Assembly (NCBI GenBank): GCA_963727455.1
Contig: CAVSGG010000009.1
Coordinates: forward strand, 96,001 to 160,000
DNA from: Candidatus Krumholzibacteriota bacterium
GTDB taxonomy: Bacteria > Krumholzibacteriota > Krumholzibacteriia > JAJRXK01
Length of the DNA: 64,000 nucleotides
Direction: 5' to 3'
Shown here: piece after piece, positions 40,155-50,104 of the stretch
How the letters are laid out: each line of letters starts with the position of its first letter
How positions within the stretch are numbered: position 1 is the stretch's first letter
Notes under the pieces: generated by a model
Database searches by the model: none
Seen by the model: the letters and a program-made list of their open reading frames with translations, nothing else
Told to the model about the DNA's origin: nothing
Program-made: the position numbers and the translations under genes

Positions 40155-41477
40155 TCAATTCTCCCCCCTGAGAAGACGGTCGATCGCCCGGGCGGCACGC
40201 TGTCCATCGTCCACCGCATTCACGACCTCTTTGCCGCCGTTGTAGCAGTCTCCACCGGTGAACACGCGGGGATTCCCGGTGGCCATGGTCTCCGGATCCG
40301 CCATGACGCGTCCTTTTTCGTCGCACTGTACTTGCGGAAAGAGCGCGGCCAGACTGGCCAAACGCTCCTGACCGGTGGCGACCACGATGAGCTCGCAGGG
40401 CAGTTCGCCCGCCGCCTCTTGGGTGGGCCGGCCATTCTCGGTCCGCACCAGCGAAATCGAACGCATTTTCCCCGCGGAATCACGATTGATTTCCGATACC
40501 GCCACCTCGGCCAAGAGGCGAACCCTCTTTTCCTTGGCCCTCTCCCATTCATGTCGGTAGCCGGGCATCTTCTCCTCGCTGCGGCGGTACACCAGGGTGA
40601 CTTCCGGAATCCCGAGCGAGGCCAATTCCTGAACCACGTCCAGGGCGGTGTTCCCACCCCCGACCACCACGGCCGAGGAAACGCCCTTCAGCGCCGCCTC
40701 GCTCCGCAACTTCATGTCCTCGATCCAGTCGACGGCGCCCACCACAGAGGATCCATCCGCTCCGGGAACGCCGCGCAGAGAATCTGCCCCGAGGCCGGGA
40801 GCGAAGAAGACGGCAGCGTGTTTCGCCAGGAGCTCCTCTCCTGAGAAGTCGCGGCCGAGTTCAGCATCGGTCTGGATTTTCACTCCCAAAGACTGGATGA
40901 ACTCCACTTCCTGTAGGACCTCTTCCGCGCGAATCTTGTAAGGGGCGACGCCACTGAGGTTCAGTCCGCCCGGGAGTTCGCTCTTCTCGTAGATCACCGT
41001 TTCGTATCCCAACAGAGCCAAAGTGCCCGCACAGGCCAGGGAGGCGGGGCCGCCGCCCACCAAGCCGATGGACTCATCCTTGGCCGCCTGGCGAGGCAAG
41101 AGATCCGCCGAGCGTCCCTGCTCCATCGCGAAACGCTGCAGGCGGCCGATCTCGATGGGCTTGCGTCCCCACTCCGTGTAGACGCATGCGCCCTCGCACA
41201 GCACCTCGACCGGACACACGCGAGCGCAACTGGCGCCCAGGAGATTGGACAGCAGGATGGTGCGGGCGGAACCCCGGTAATTGCCGGTGGCGATCTTGTG
41301 AATGAAGCTCGCGATGTCGATGCTGGTGGGACAGGCCCTGGTGCAGGGCGCGTCGTAGCAGTAGAGGCAGCGGCTGGCTTCCGCGAAGGCCTCGGCCTTG
41401 GAGTAGGCCGGCTTCTTGTCTGTGAATCGCAGCTCCACGCGGTCGGGGGGAACGGACCAGGATCCAGTAGCGCGCAT
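40155..41477 (-). CDS. preT: Dihydropyrimidine dehydrogenase subunit PreT (GltD-like)
   Basis: RCLYCYDAPCTRACP, CARVCP..CEGAC, GGGPA, GGGNTA, GGD; adjacent to preA. Confidence 0.9.
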   Translation of the reverse strand: MRATGSWSVPPDRVELRFTDKKPAYSKAEAFAEASRCLYCYDAPCTRACPTSIDIASFIHKIATGNYRGSARTILLSNLLGASCARVCPVEVLCEGACVYTEWGRKPIEIGRLQRFAMEQGRSADLLPRQAAKDESIGLVGGGPASLACAGTLALLGYETVIYEKSELPGGLNLSGVAPYKIRAEEVLQEVEFIQSLGVKIQTDAELGRDFSGEELLAKHAAVFFAPGLGADSLRGVPGADGSSVVGAVDWIEDMKLRSEAALKGVSSAVVVGGGNTALDVVQELASLGIPEVTLVYRRSEEKMPGYRHEWERAKEKRVRLLAEVAVSEINRDSAGKMRSISLVRTENGRPTQEAAGELPCELIVVATGQERLASLAALFPQVQCDEKGRVMADPETMATGNPRVFTGGDCYNGGKEVVNAVDDGQRAARAIDRLLRGEN

Positions 41478-41478
41478 T

Positions 41479-42798
41479 CTATCCTCCGATCGCTTCAAAC
41501 GACTCCTCCAGAATTTTCAGTGCCTCGTCGATCTCACTCTCACCCAATGTCATGGGCGGCGAGATTCTGATGACGTTTCCGTGCAGTCCGCCCTTCCCGA
41601 TGAGAAGGCCTCGTTTCTTGGTTTCCTCGAAGAGCCGGCCCACCGCCTGGGGATTCGGAGTGCGGTCGCCGCCGATTTCGTCCACCACGAGTTCCAGACC
41701 CTGCATCAGACCCATCCCTCGGACATCTCCCAGAATCTTGGGGTGTTTCCTTTGGATCTCTTCGAGTCCGGCGCGCAGGCGGGCGCCCATCTTCTCGCTG
41801 TTTTGCGGGATCTTCTCCTCTTCCATGACCTGCAGCGTGGCATTGGCCGCGGCGCAGGACATCGGGTTGCCGCCGAAGGTCGAGATGGTCAGCTTCTTGA
41901 AGCTGTCCGCGATCTCCGGGGTGGCGATCGTCACTCCCAGGGGCATCCCGTTCGCCACGCCCTTGGCCATGGTCATGATCTCCGGCTGCACGCCCCAGTG
42001 CTCGATTCCAAAGAACTTCGAACCGGTGCGGCCGAAGCCGGTCTGAACCTCGTCGCAGATGAAGACTCCTCCGTAGCGTCTGACGATCTCCACTGCCTTC
42101 TGGAAATACTCCGGCGGAGGCGTGACGAAGCCGCCCACACCCTGAATCGGTTCGGCCAAGAAGCCCGCGACATGTCCCGTGGTCGTGGTCTGGATGAGTT
42201 CCTCGATGTCCTGCGCGCACTTGATCTCGCAAGAGGGGTATTTCAAGCCGAGAGGGCAACGGTAGCAGTAGGGAGCCATCGCGTGTTTGACCCCCGCGAT
42301 CTGCGTGCTCACCGCGCGCCACGGAGCGTGCGCGGTGAGAGATTGCGCCAGCATGGAGCGTCCGGAATACCCGTGGCGCAGAGCGATGATCTCCTGCGCC
42401 CCCGTGTAGACCTGAGCCAGCGCGACGGCGGTCTCGTCGGCCTCGGTTCCCGAAGCGGTGAAGAAGCTCTTGCTCAGCTTGCCCGGGGTCAACCTGGCGA
42501 GCCTCTCCGCCAATTCGACGATGGGAAGGGTGGGAAAGAGCGTCGACACGTGACCGAGACGATCGATTTGAGCCTTCAGCGGCTCGGTCACGCGCGGATC
42601 GCAGTGTCCGATGGAGACGGTGAGGATGCCGCCGAAGAAATCGAGGTACTCCTTACCGTCGTAATCCTTGAGACGCAGACCGTTTCCGCTCTGCAGCGCA
42701 ATCGGCTCCTGATAGTAGTTCGCCACGCTGGGCCAAAGATAGCGCGCGTGCTTCTCGCGAATTTCCGATGCCTTGCTCTTGGCCTTGGTCTCGCTCAT
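41479..42798 (-). CDS. Class III aminotransferase (beta-alanine/aminoisobutyrate, AGXT2-like)
   Basis: SGTEA, EPIQGVGG, DEVQTGFGRTG, MAKG; pyrimidine operon context. Confidence 0.85.
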   Translation of the reverse strand: MSETKAKSKASEIREKHARYLWPSVANYYQEPIALQSGNGLRLKDYDGKEYLDFFGGILTVSIGHCDPRVTEPLKAQIDRLGHVSTLFPTLPIVELAERLARLTPGKLSKSFFTASGTEADETAVALAQVYTGAQEIIALRHGYSGRSMLAQSLTAHAPWRAVSTQIAGVKHAMAPYCYRCPLGLKYPSCEIKCAQDIEELIQTTTTGHVAGFLAEPIQGVGGFVTPPPEYFQKAVEIVRRYGGVFICDEVQTGFGRTGSKFFGIEHWGVQPEIMTMAKGVANGMPLGVTIATPEIADSFKKLTISTFGGNPMSCAAANATLQVMEEEKIPQNSEKMGARLRAGLEEIQRKHPKILGDVRGMGLMQGLELVVDEIGGDRTPNPQAVGRLFEETKKRGLLIGKGGLHGNVIRISPPMTLGESEIDEALKILEESFEAIGG

Positions 42799-44183
42799 CG
42801 CAGTCCCCCGTCGAGAGTTCGTTTCAAATAGCGTCCCGCGCCCTTCTCCACTTTCAAGTCGCCGTTCTGGTACTGAACGCGGCCATTGACCACCACGGTC
42901 GAAGCAGCGCCCTTCAACTTGAAGCCCTCGAAGATGCTGCGGTCCACGTGGTGGTGGTGCGTCTTGGCCGAGATGGTCGCGCTAGCCTCGGGATCGAAGA
43001 CCACCAGATCGGCATCCGCGCCCACGGTAATGCTGCCCTTGCGCGGATAGAGCCCGAAGATCTTGGCCGCGCGCGTGGAGCTGAGATCGACGAACTGGTG
43101 CAGGTCGATCTTTCCCTCGAGAACTCCGTAAGTGTAGAGCAGGGCGAGGCGGTGTTCGATTCCGGCCGCGCCGTTGGGAATGAGCCTGAAGTCGTCCTTG
43201 CCCATCTCCTTCTGGCCCTTCTGATTGAAGGGACAGTGGTCGGTGGCCACGGTCTGCAGAATCCCCGCCTTGAGAGCGGCCCACAGCACCTCCTGATGAC
43301 CCTTGGGCCGGATCGGAGGCGACATCACGTAGGCCGCGCCCTCGAAATCGGGCTTCTCGTACACGCTGTCATCCAGGAGGAGGTACTGGGTGCAGGTCTC
43401 GCCGTAGACCGTCTGCCCCTGCTCTCTCGCCCGCGCGATGGCACGCACCGAGGGCTCGCAGGTCACGTGCACCACGTAGAGCGAGCTCTCGTTCATGCGC
43501 GACAACATGATGGCACGCGCGGTGGCCTCGCCCTCGACAGAAGGCGGGCGCGACAGGGCGTGATACTTGGGTTCGCGCAGTTTGGCGTTGAACAGTTTGT
43601 TCTGCAGTTCGACGACCATATCGCCGTGCTCGGCGTGCACCGTCACCAGTGCGTTCAGATCGCGCGCGCACTTCATGACCTCGATGAGCTCGGGATCTTC
43701 CACTCCGATGGCGCCCCGGTAGGCCATGAAGGTCTTGAAGGAGGGAATTCCCTCCTCCTGCACGCAGCGGCGCATGAGGTCGGCGGTATCCTCCCCCCAC
43801 CAGGTGATGGCCATGTGGAAGGCGTAGTCACTCACGGACTTCTGCGCCTTTTCGTACCACCACTTCAGGGCCTCGTCGTAGGAATCGCCGCGCCCGGGGA
43901 TGACGAAATCGATGATGCTGGTGGTCCCTCCCGCCACGCCGGCCGCGGTTCCCGTTTCGAAATCATCCGCGGATACCGTCCCCATGAACGGCAGCTCCAT
44001 GTGAACGTGCGGGTCGAGCCCTCCGGGGAAGACATACTGCCCCGATGCATCGACGACTTCATCCTTGGAGCTGGCTTCGAGCTTCGGACCGAGGGCGACG
44101 ATCTTCCCGTCCTCGCAGCGAATGTCGCCGAGGTAGCGGTCGATTGCCGTCACGATCGTTCCGTTTTTGATGAGCACGCCCAT
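42795..44183 (-). CDS. hydA: Dihydropyrimidinase
   Basis: PGGLDPHVH, GGTT, FK (carbamylated Lys), VHAE, VVHV, ATDHCPF, IPNG. Confidence 0.93.
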   Translation of the reverse strand: MGVLIKNGTIVTAIDRYLGDIRCEDGKIVALGPKLEASSKDEVVDASGQYVFPGGLDPHVHMELPFMGTVSADDFETGTAAGVAGGTTSIIDFVIPGRGDSYDEALKWWYEKAQKSVSDYAFHMAITWWGEDTADLMRRCVQEEGIPSFKTFMAYRGAIGVEDPELIEVMKCARDLNALVTVHAEHGDMVVELQNKLFNAKLREPKYHALSRPPSVEGEATARAIMLSRMNESSLYVVHVTCEPSVRAIARAREQGQTVYGETCTQYLLLDDSVYEKPDFEGAAYVMSPPIRPKGHQEVLWAALKAGILQTVATDHCPFNQKGQKEMGKDDFRLIPNGAAGIEHRLALLYTYGVLEGKIDLHQFVDLSSTRAAKIFGLYPRKGSITVGADADLVVFDPEASATISAKTHHHHVDRSIFEGFKLKGAASTVVVNGRVQYQNGDLKVEKGAGRYLKRTLDGGLR

Positions 44184-44208
44184 GGTCACTCCTTTGTCGC
44201 GGGCTGAA

Positions 44209-45081
44209 TCAGGGGAGAAGATTCGTCATGTCTCCGTAGGTCTCCGGCCGGCGGTCCCTGTAGAACTGCCACACCTGGCGCACCTCCTCGATCATGTCGA
44301 GGTCGAGATCGGCATGCACGAGTTCGTCCTTGTCTTCGCTGGCCTCGACGAGGAAGTTCCCGCGCGGATCCACGAAATAACTGCTGCCGTAGAAACGTCC
44401 GATGCCCCAAGGCTGCTCGGTTCCCACCCTGTTGATACAGCCCATGAAATAGCCGTTGGCAACCGCGTGAGCCGGTTGCTCCAGCTTCCATAGATATTGC
44501 GAGAGCCCGGCGACGGTCGCGGAGGGATTGAAGACGATCTCCGCCCCGTTGAGACCCAGAAGGCGCGCACCCTCGGGGAAATGGCGATCGTAGCAGATGT
44601 ACACTCCCACCTTGGCGTACGCGGTTTGAAACACGGGATAGCCCAGATTGCCCGGCTTGAAGAAATATTTCTCCCAGAATCCCGAAGTGTGCGGAATGTG
44701 GTTCTTGCGATACTTGCCCAGGTACTTGCCGTCGGCGTCGATCACCGCAGCCGTGTTGTAGTAGACGCCCGCTTGTTCCCGCTCGTAGACCGGCACCACC
44801 AGGACCATCTGGTGCTTCTTCGCGTAGGGAGTCATGACTTCCACCGTGGGCCCGGGCACCGGCTCGGCCGCGGCGTACCAGCGCTTGTCCTGCGAGGGAC
44901 AGAAGTAGGGACCGTTGAAGATCTCCTGCAGACAGAGGATCTTGACCCCCGCCTTGCCCGCCTCTTCCACCAGGGGAAGATGTCTCTCCAGGGCGGCCGC
45001 CTGGATTTCCGCTACCTCACGAGATTCATCGTTGATGGGATTCGAACACTGGATGAGACCGCCACGAACGACTCTGGACAC
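44209..45081 (-). CDS. Beta-ureidopropionase (nitrilase/carbon-nitrogen hydrolase family)
   Basis: E-K-C triad: LQEIF, YRKNHIP, ICYDRHFPE; operon context. Confidence 0.88.
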   Translation of the reverse strand: MSRVVRGGLIQCSNPINDESREVAEIQAAALERHLPLVEEAGKAGVKILCLQEIFNGPYFCPSQDKRWYAAAEPVPGPTVEVMTPYAKKHQMVLVVPVYEREQAGVYYNTAAVIDADGKYLGKYRKNHIPHTSGFWEKYFFKPGNLGYPVFQTAYAKVGVYICYDRHFPEGARLLGLNGAEIVFNPSATVAGLSQYLWKLEQPAHAVANGYFMGCINRVGTEQPWGIGRFYGSSYFVDPRGNFLVEASEDKDELVHADLDLDMIEEVRQVWQFYRDRRPETYGDMTNLLP

Positions 45082-45118
45082 TTGTTTCCTCCTCTGTGCG
45101 CCGCTGTACGAATGAAGG

Positions 45119-46564
45119 CTAGAACCAGCGGGAAATGACGACTTTCTTGTCGGTATAGAAATCGAAGGAGTCCCGGCCGTGACCTTTCAGGTCGCCGAAG
45201 AAGCTGCCCTTCGCACCGCCAAAACTGAAATAGGACATCGGCGCGGCAACCCCGATGTTGACGCCGGTCATGCTGGCGTTCACCCGGTACTTGAACTCGC
45301 GCGCCGCCTTGCCGTCCTGGGTGAAGATGCTCGTCGCATTGGCGAGCGGGTGAGCGGTCGCGATCTCGATGGCCTCCTGGAGGTTCTCGACCCGGATCAT
45401 GCTCAAGACCGGTCCGAAGATCTCCTCCTGGGCAATGACCATCTCGCGGTCGACCTTGTCGAAGAGGGTCGGACCCACGAAGAAGCCCTTTTCGGGCAGA
45501 TTCTTGCGGCCATCGACCAGAAGCTCCGCTCCCTCCTGCACACCCTTCTCGATGTAACCCAGAACCTTTTCTTTGTGCGTGGCCGAGATCACCGGACCCA
45601 TGTCCGTGCCGTCCTTCAGCCCGTCGCCCATTTTCATGTTTGCCAGTTCTTTCACGAGCCCGTCCTTCACCCATTCCTGCGCCTCGCCCACGTTCAAGAG
45701 CACGCTCGCGGCCAGGCAGCGCTCGCCGGCGCAGCCGTAGGCCGAAGCGATGATCTGGGAGAGAGTCTCCTCGCGCTTGGCATCGGGCATGACGACCAGG
45801 AAATTCTTGGCTCCGCCGAGAGCCTGCACCCGCTTCCCGTTGGCCGCGGCTTCGCGATAGACGTACTGGGCGACGGGACTGCTTCCCACGAAGGAGACCC
45901 CGGCCACTTGGGGGTGAGAGACGATGCGATTCACCACGTCCTTGGCCCCGTTCACCAGGTTCAATACTCCCGGCGGGAACCCGACCTCGTCGATCAACTC
46001 GAAAAGCAGCTTCTGGCTGAGAGGCACCTGTTCGCTGGGCTTGCACACGAAAGTGTTCCCGCAGGCCACCGCGAAGGGATAGAACCACAGCGGCACCATC
46101 GCGGGGAAATTGAAGGGAGCGATGCAGGCGAAGACCCCCAGGGGCTGCCGCACCGCTTCGCAGTCGATGCCCGATGCGACATCTTCCAGACTCTGACCCA
46201 TGAGCAGCGAGGGGGCGCCGGTCGCCACGTCCACGCACTCGATGCCGCGGCGGACGCTTCCCCGCGCCTCGGGCAGAGTCTTTCCGTGTTCACGCGTGAG
46301 GGTCGCCGCGATCTCCTCGAAGCGATCCTCCAGGAGCTGCTTGAATTTGAAGAGGTATTGGGTGCGCTGCGCGGGAGGCGTCGTGCGCCAGTCGGCGAAA
46401 GCCTTCTGAGCCGCCGAGACTGCCCGGTCCACGTCCGAGGCTTTGGACAGGGGAACTTCCGCGAGGATCTCCTCGGTGGCCGGATTGCGTACCTTCAGGT
46501 ACTCGCTCGCATCCGCCTCCACCCATTTTCCATCAATGTAATTCCGCAGCTTTTGCACTGACAT
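45119..46564 (-). CDS. mmsA: CoA-acylating (methyl)malonate-semialdehyde dehydrogenase
   Basis: PFNFPAM, KPSE, SFVGS, GGAKN, GERC, EEIFGP. Confidence 0.92.
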   Translation of the reverse strand: MSVQKLRNYIDGKWVEADASEYLKVRNPATEEILAEVPLSKASDVDRAVSAAQKAFADWRTTPPAQRTQYLFKFKQLLEDRFEEIAATLTREHGKTLPEARGSVRRGIECVDVATGAPSLLMGQSLEDVASGIDCEAVRQPLGVFACIAPFNFPAMVPLWFYPFAVACGNTFVCKPSEQVPLSQKLLFELIDEVGFPPGVLNLVNGAKDVVNRIVSHPQVAGVSFVGSSPVAQYVYREAAANGKRVQALGGAKNFLVVMPDAKREETLSQIIASAYGCAGERCLAASVLLNVGEAQEWVKDGLVKELANMKMGDGLKDGTDMGPVISATHKEKVLGYIEKGVQEGAELLVDGRKNLPEKGFFVGPTLFDKVDREMVIAQEEIFGPVLSMIRVENLQEAIEIATAHPLANATSIFTQDGKAAREFKYRVNASMTGVNIGVAAPMSYFSFGGAKGSFFGDLKGHGRDSFDFYTDKKVVISRWF

Positions 46565-46693
46565 TGCCGCCTCCAAGCTCAAACGACGATCTCTAAGGGG
46601 TAGCTATCAATCTACCACAGGAGCCGGCTGGGGGGCACGCATGAATTCGCGCGTATTGTCCCGTGTACCATGCCCCCACAGAGGCGCTGACGG

Positions 46694-46735
46694 AGAATAA
46701 GGAACGGCCCCGAACTCTCCGTTCGGGACCGTTCC
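46694..46735 (-). terminator. Rho-independent terminator after the multicopper oxidase gene
   Basis: 15-bp stem GGAACGGTCCCGAAC/GTTCGGGGCCGTTCC (one G-U) followed by TTATTCT on the minus strand. Confidence 0.65.
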
Positions 46736-46777
46736 ACACTTCCAAAACGACGCTCGGCCGTCGGAGACTACCTCCAG

Positions 46778-49045
46778 CTACTTGGCAAGTACCAACTTCT
46801 GCACCGTATGACCGTAGCTGGTTTCCAATCTTGCAAAGTAGGTTCCACTGGAGACGGGCGATCCGGAACGATCTTTACCGTTCCAGACCACACTGTAGCT
46901 ACCCGGCTTCTGATCGCCTTGCATGAGCACGTCGACCAGTCGGCCACGTACATCGTACACGACGAGATGGACGTGGCTTGGCTGCGGCAACTCGAACGCG
47001 ATCTTGGTCGCCGGATTGAAGGGATTGGGTGAAAGATGCAGGGCGAGTGCGCCGGAACTCGAGTCCGATTCTCTCCTGAATGCCATGTTGCCGTCGTGAC
47101 ACGCATAGGGCATGTCGAATTCCGGACTCCAGGGACCGACGTGGTAGGCCCGCATCATCTCGTGGTCTTCGTGGCTCAAGATGTGACAGTGATACACATA
47201 GCGACCCGGACGATCGAATCGCGCCATGATCCGGGTGACTTCACCAGGATACATCACTGCGGTGTCCTTCCAGCCAGCTTCCTCAGGCATGGGCGGCTTG
47301 ACCGCGCCGTACTTCTTTATGTTCTCCATCGTGAATCCAGTACCGATGCTGCCGTCGTGCTGGACGATCTCCTTCGGCACGAGGTCCGCCTTGAAGCGTT
47401 GACGATCCAGGATCTGGTAGCTGACTAGATGCACGTGGAAGGGATGAGCATCACCGGTCGTGTTGTAGACCTCCCAGATCTCGACGTCGTCGAGCCCGGG
47501 ATTCTCGGTGATCGGTGCCTTGCACTCGTCCCAAACCAGGGACCCGTCCTGCATTTCCCCGGTCACATCGACCGCGGGCTCGGCCAGTCCCAGTAGAGGT
47601 TGCAGACGTCCCTTGTCGTCCAGACCCTCGTAGAGGGCCAGTTTCCGGGTGCGTGCCACGGTATCGGCTCCGGTGATGTCGGCCGGAGTGATCGGGGCAG
47701 CTCTCAGAGTGGCGGGGATCAGGTTGTTGGTGTCGTCCGTGACCACGCCCCCCACGTTGAAGGCCATGATCTGTCCCGCAGTCATCGGATCCACCGTAGC
47801 ACCCGCAGGATAGGGTCCTCGGGCATTGTTCTTCATGACAATCTGCTGACCCGCGTATGAGCTAAAGTCGACCAGAACGTCATAGCGTTCCCCGGGAGCG
47901 ATCACGAGCTTGTCCGTCATGACTGGCTGATAGAGCAATCCGTCGTCGTTCCCGATGACGTTGAAGTTCACGGAAACAGCGCCGGCAGCGAGCCACAGCT
48001 TGTAGACCCGTGAGTCCGAACCATTGAGCAAACGGAGACGGTAGATCCGTGGCTCGACCTCCATCTTGGGCCAGGGCACCCCGTTGACGAGGATGAAGTT
48101 ACCGAAGAACTCGGCCAACGCGCTGGGCGGAGTTACCAGCGGATTGTCTCCGATGAACTCATCCCACGCCGGATCCCCCGGATTCGCGGGATAGAAATGT
48201 TGACCTGAGCGATCGAACATGTGGTCCTGAATCACCAGAAGCCGCTCGTACGGATGCACGGGAAGACCAACTGGGTTGTCTGCCAGTCCGGTGTCGAACT
48301 CATCGCGGATGATGTAGAAACCCGCGAGTCCCGCGTAGACGTTCAGGCGGGTGATCCCCAGGCCGTGGTCGTGGTACCAGACGGTCCCCGCCTGCTGATC
48401 GTTGTCGTAGACGTAGGTTTCCTTGACCCAGCGTGGACCGACGACTCGGTAACCCGGAGTGAACCAATACTCGGGATTTCCGTCACTTTGAGCCTCGGTG
48501 TGACCACCGTGGACGTGGGGCACGACGGGAACGCCATCGGTGGCCAGACTGTTCAGTTCATACCCGGGCAATGCAAAAGCCCAGTGAAGACTCTCGTCGA
48601 CTGGCAAGAGATGGGGTAGTACGGGACCATCCTCCGTTCCATCGGTGGTCAAATTGTTCGACCACCGCACTCGGACCTGACGATCCTTGTGGACGACGAA
48701 GGTGCGTCCCGGATAGGTCGCGTTGGGAAAGCCCGGGCCGGTCCCGTATCCCCATACCCTGGTCAGCAGGGGTTCTCCGGTCACCGGATCGACGAGTCCC
48801 AGAGCTTGTTCGACCTGGTACATACCGATTTCGTAATAGTCGTACGATCCCATGTCCGTGGGCTGATAGATGAACCCGGGCGCCAGAGCGTCGGGAACCT
48901 CGTTCACGAACTTCGGTTGGGTCGCGGGATCGAGCAGTAGGGGTTGGGAGGAACTCGTAACGGGGACCAGGAGCATGAGTGTTGTGGCTAGGATCAGGGA
49001 TACGAATGCAAATCGTGTCCCGACCCTCGTGGTGGAGACATTCAT
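46778..49045 (-). CDS. Secreted multicopper oxidase (CotA/bilirubin oxidase-like) with C-terminal FlgD-Ig/T9SS-CTD-like domain
   Basis: HVHG, WYHDH, HPFHVH, HCHILSHEDHEM Cu sites; Sec signal; PNPFNP..YDVRGRLV..WNGKD..SGTYF..KLVL. Confidence 0.9.
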   Translation of the reverse strand: MNVSTTRVGTRFAFVSLILATTLMLLVPVTSSSQPLLLDPATQPKFVNEVPDALAPGFIYQPTDMGSYDYYEIGMYQVEQALGLVDPVTGEPLLTRVWGYGTGPGFPNATYPGRTFVVHKDRQVRVRWSNNLTTDGTEDGPVLPHLLPVDESLHWAFALPGYELNSLATDGVPVVPHVHGGHTEAQSDGNPEYWFTPGYRVVGPRWVKETYVYDNDQQAGTVWYHDHGLGITRLNVYAGLAGFYIIRDEFDTGLADNPVGLPVHPYERLLVIQDHMFDRSGQHFYPANPGDPAWDEFIGDNPLVTPPSALAEFFGNFILVNGVPWPKMEVEPRIYRLRLLNGSDSRVYKLWLAAGAVSVNFNVIGNDDGLLYQPVMTDKLVIAPGERYDVLVDFSSYAGQQIVMKNNARGPYPAGATVDPMTAGQIMAFNVGGVVTDDTNNLIPATLRAAPITPADITGADTVARTRKLALYEGLDDKGRLQPLLGLAEPAVDVTGEMQDGSLVWDECKAPITENPGLDDVEIWEVYNTTGDAHPFHVHLVSYQILDRQRFKADLVPKEIVQHDGSIGTGFTMENIKKYGAVKPPMPEEAGWKDTAVMYPGEVTRIMARFDRPGRYVYHCHILSHEDHEMMRAYHVGPWSPEFDMPYACHDGNMAFRRESDSSSGALALHLSPNPFNPATKIAFELPQPSHVHLVVYDVRGRLVDVLMQGDQKPGSYSVVWNGKDRSGSPVSSGTYFARLETSYGHTVQKLVLAK

Positions 49046-49308
49046 GTTCTCGTGCCTTTCTGGGGGAATAGGCGCGATGGGCGTGGTTCCCTTCACAAAT
49101 TTCCCAAGGATGTGAGCGTGTGGGATTGGCGTGGGGTATGCCGAAGGGACCAGGCCTCATCGAGACGATCGTAGCCGGGTGTCTGGAACGGCCGCAAGCA
49201 AAAATACGATCATCAGATCCTTTTCATTTTTTTACGCCCTGACAAGGACAACTTCCGGATCAGAGCATTGGCCCGGCCCAGGAACGCTCAATGCTGTCAT
49301 TGGGGACA

Positions 49309-49962
49309 TCACCCGCGAATCGGGCATCGCAGCATCGCCCTGGTCCAGGCGTGCCGATGGAGCGGTCCGTCTCCGTGGCGATGCTCCTCGCCCAGAACTT
49401 CCTCGTGGTGCAACACTTCATAGCCGGCAAAGAGCCGCAGAATCTCGCGCGGCAGAAGGAAGGTGCGCCGGCTTCCCTCCGCATCGAGGAAGCTGTTCTT
49501 GCCTGAAGGACTCCACTTCGCCGAAATGCGCGCGTAGGATGGATCTTCGCTCGTGAAGGCGGTCGCCACCAGAATACCGGACGGGGCGAGCCATCGATCA
49601 ACCCTCTCCTTCAAGAGCCGCAGCTCGGCCCTCGAGAGAATCGGGATGAGTCCTAAAGCGAGCACAGTACCGAAGCTTGCCTCGCCCGCGTCGAACTCTT
49701 GAAAGCGATCCGCGTGGACGCCCAGCGACAGTCCCTCCATCGCGGCCACTTCCCGCACCGCTGCGCGCGCCGTCTTCGAGGGCTCGATACCCTCGACGCG
49801 AAAGCCTCTGCGCGCGAGCCAGAGCGCGTTTCGTCCCTGCCCCATCCCCAAGTCCAGCACGGGCCACGCCGGATCGAGAGTATCCAGATGGGCGAGCAGA
49901 AACCCATCCGGCTCGGCGCCGAAATAGCGGTCGCTGGCCCGATATGCGGTGTCATAGGACAT
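49309..49962 (-). CDS. Class I SAM-dependent methyltransferase (TehB-like)
   Basis: VLDLGMGQGRNALWLA; His-rich C-terminus. Confidence 0.8.
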   Translation of the reverse strand: MSYDTAYRASDRYFGAEPDGFLLAHLDTLDPAWPVLDLGMGQGRNALWLARRGFRVEGIEPSKTARAAVREVAAMEGLSLGVHADRFQEFDAGEASFGTVLALGLIPILSRAELRLLKERVDRWLAPSGILVATAFTSEDPSYARISAKWSPSGKNSFLDAEGSRRTFLLPREILRLFAGYEVLHHEEVLGEEHRHGDGPLHRHAWTRAMLRCPIRG

Positions 49963-50104
49963 GGAACACTCTCCAAAGCGGACGAATCGACCCGTGTTTC
50001 GCCGAACGCATTGACCATAGCAGATTCAGAGGCCATGATGCGCGAGACGAGAGCGAGCACCCTGAAATCGCATCGAATCGCGCCTGGAACTGGACGGGGG
50101 AATC

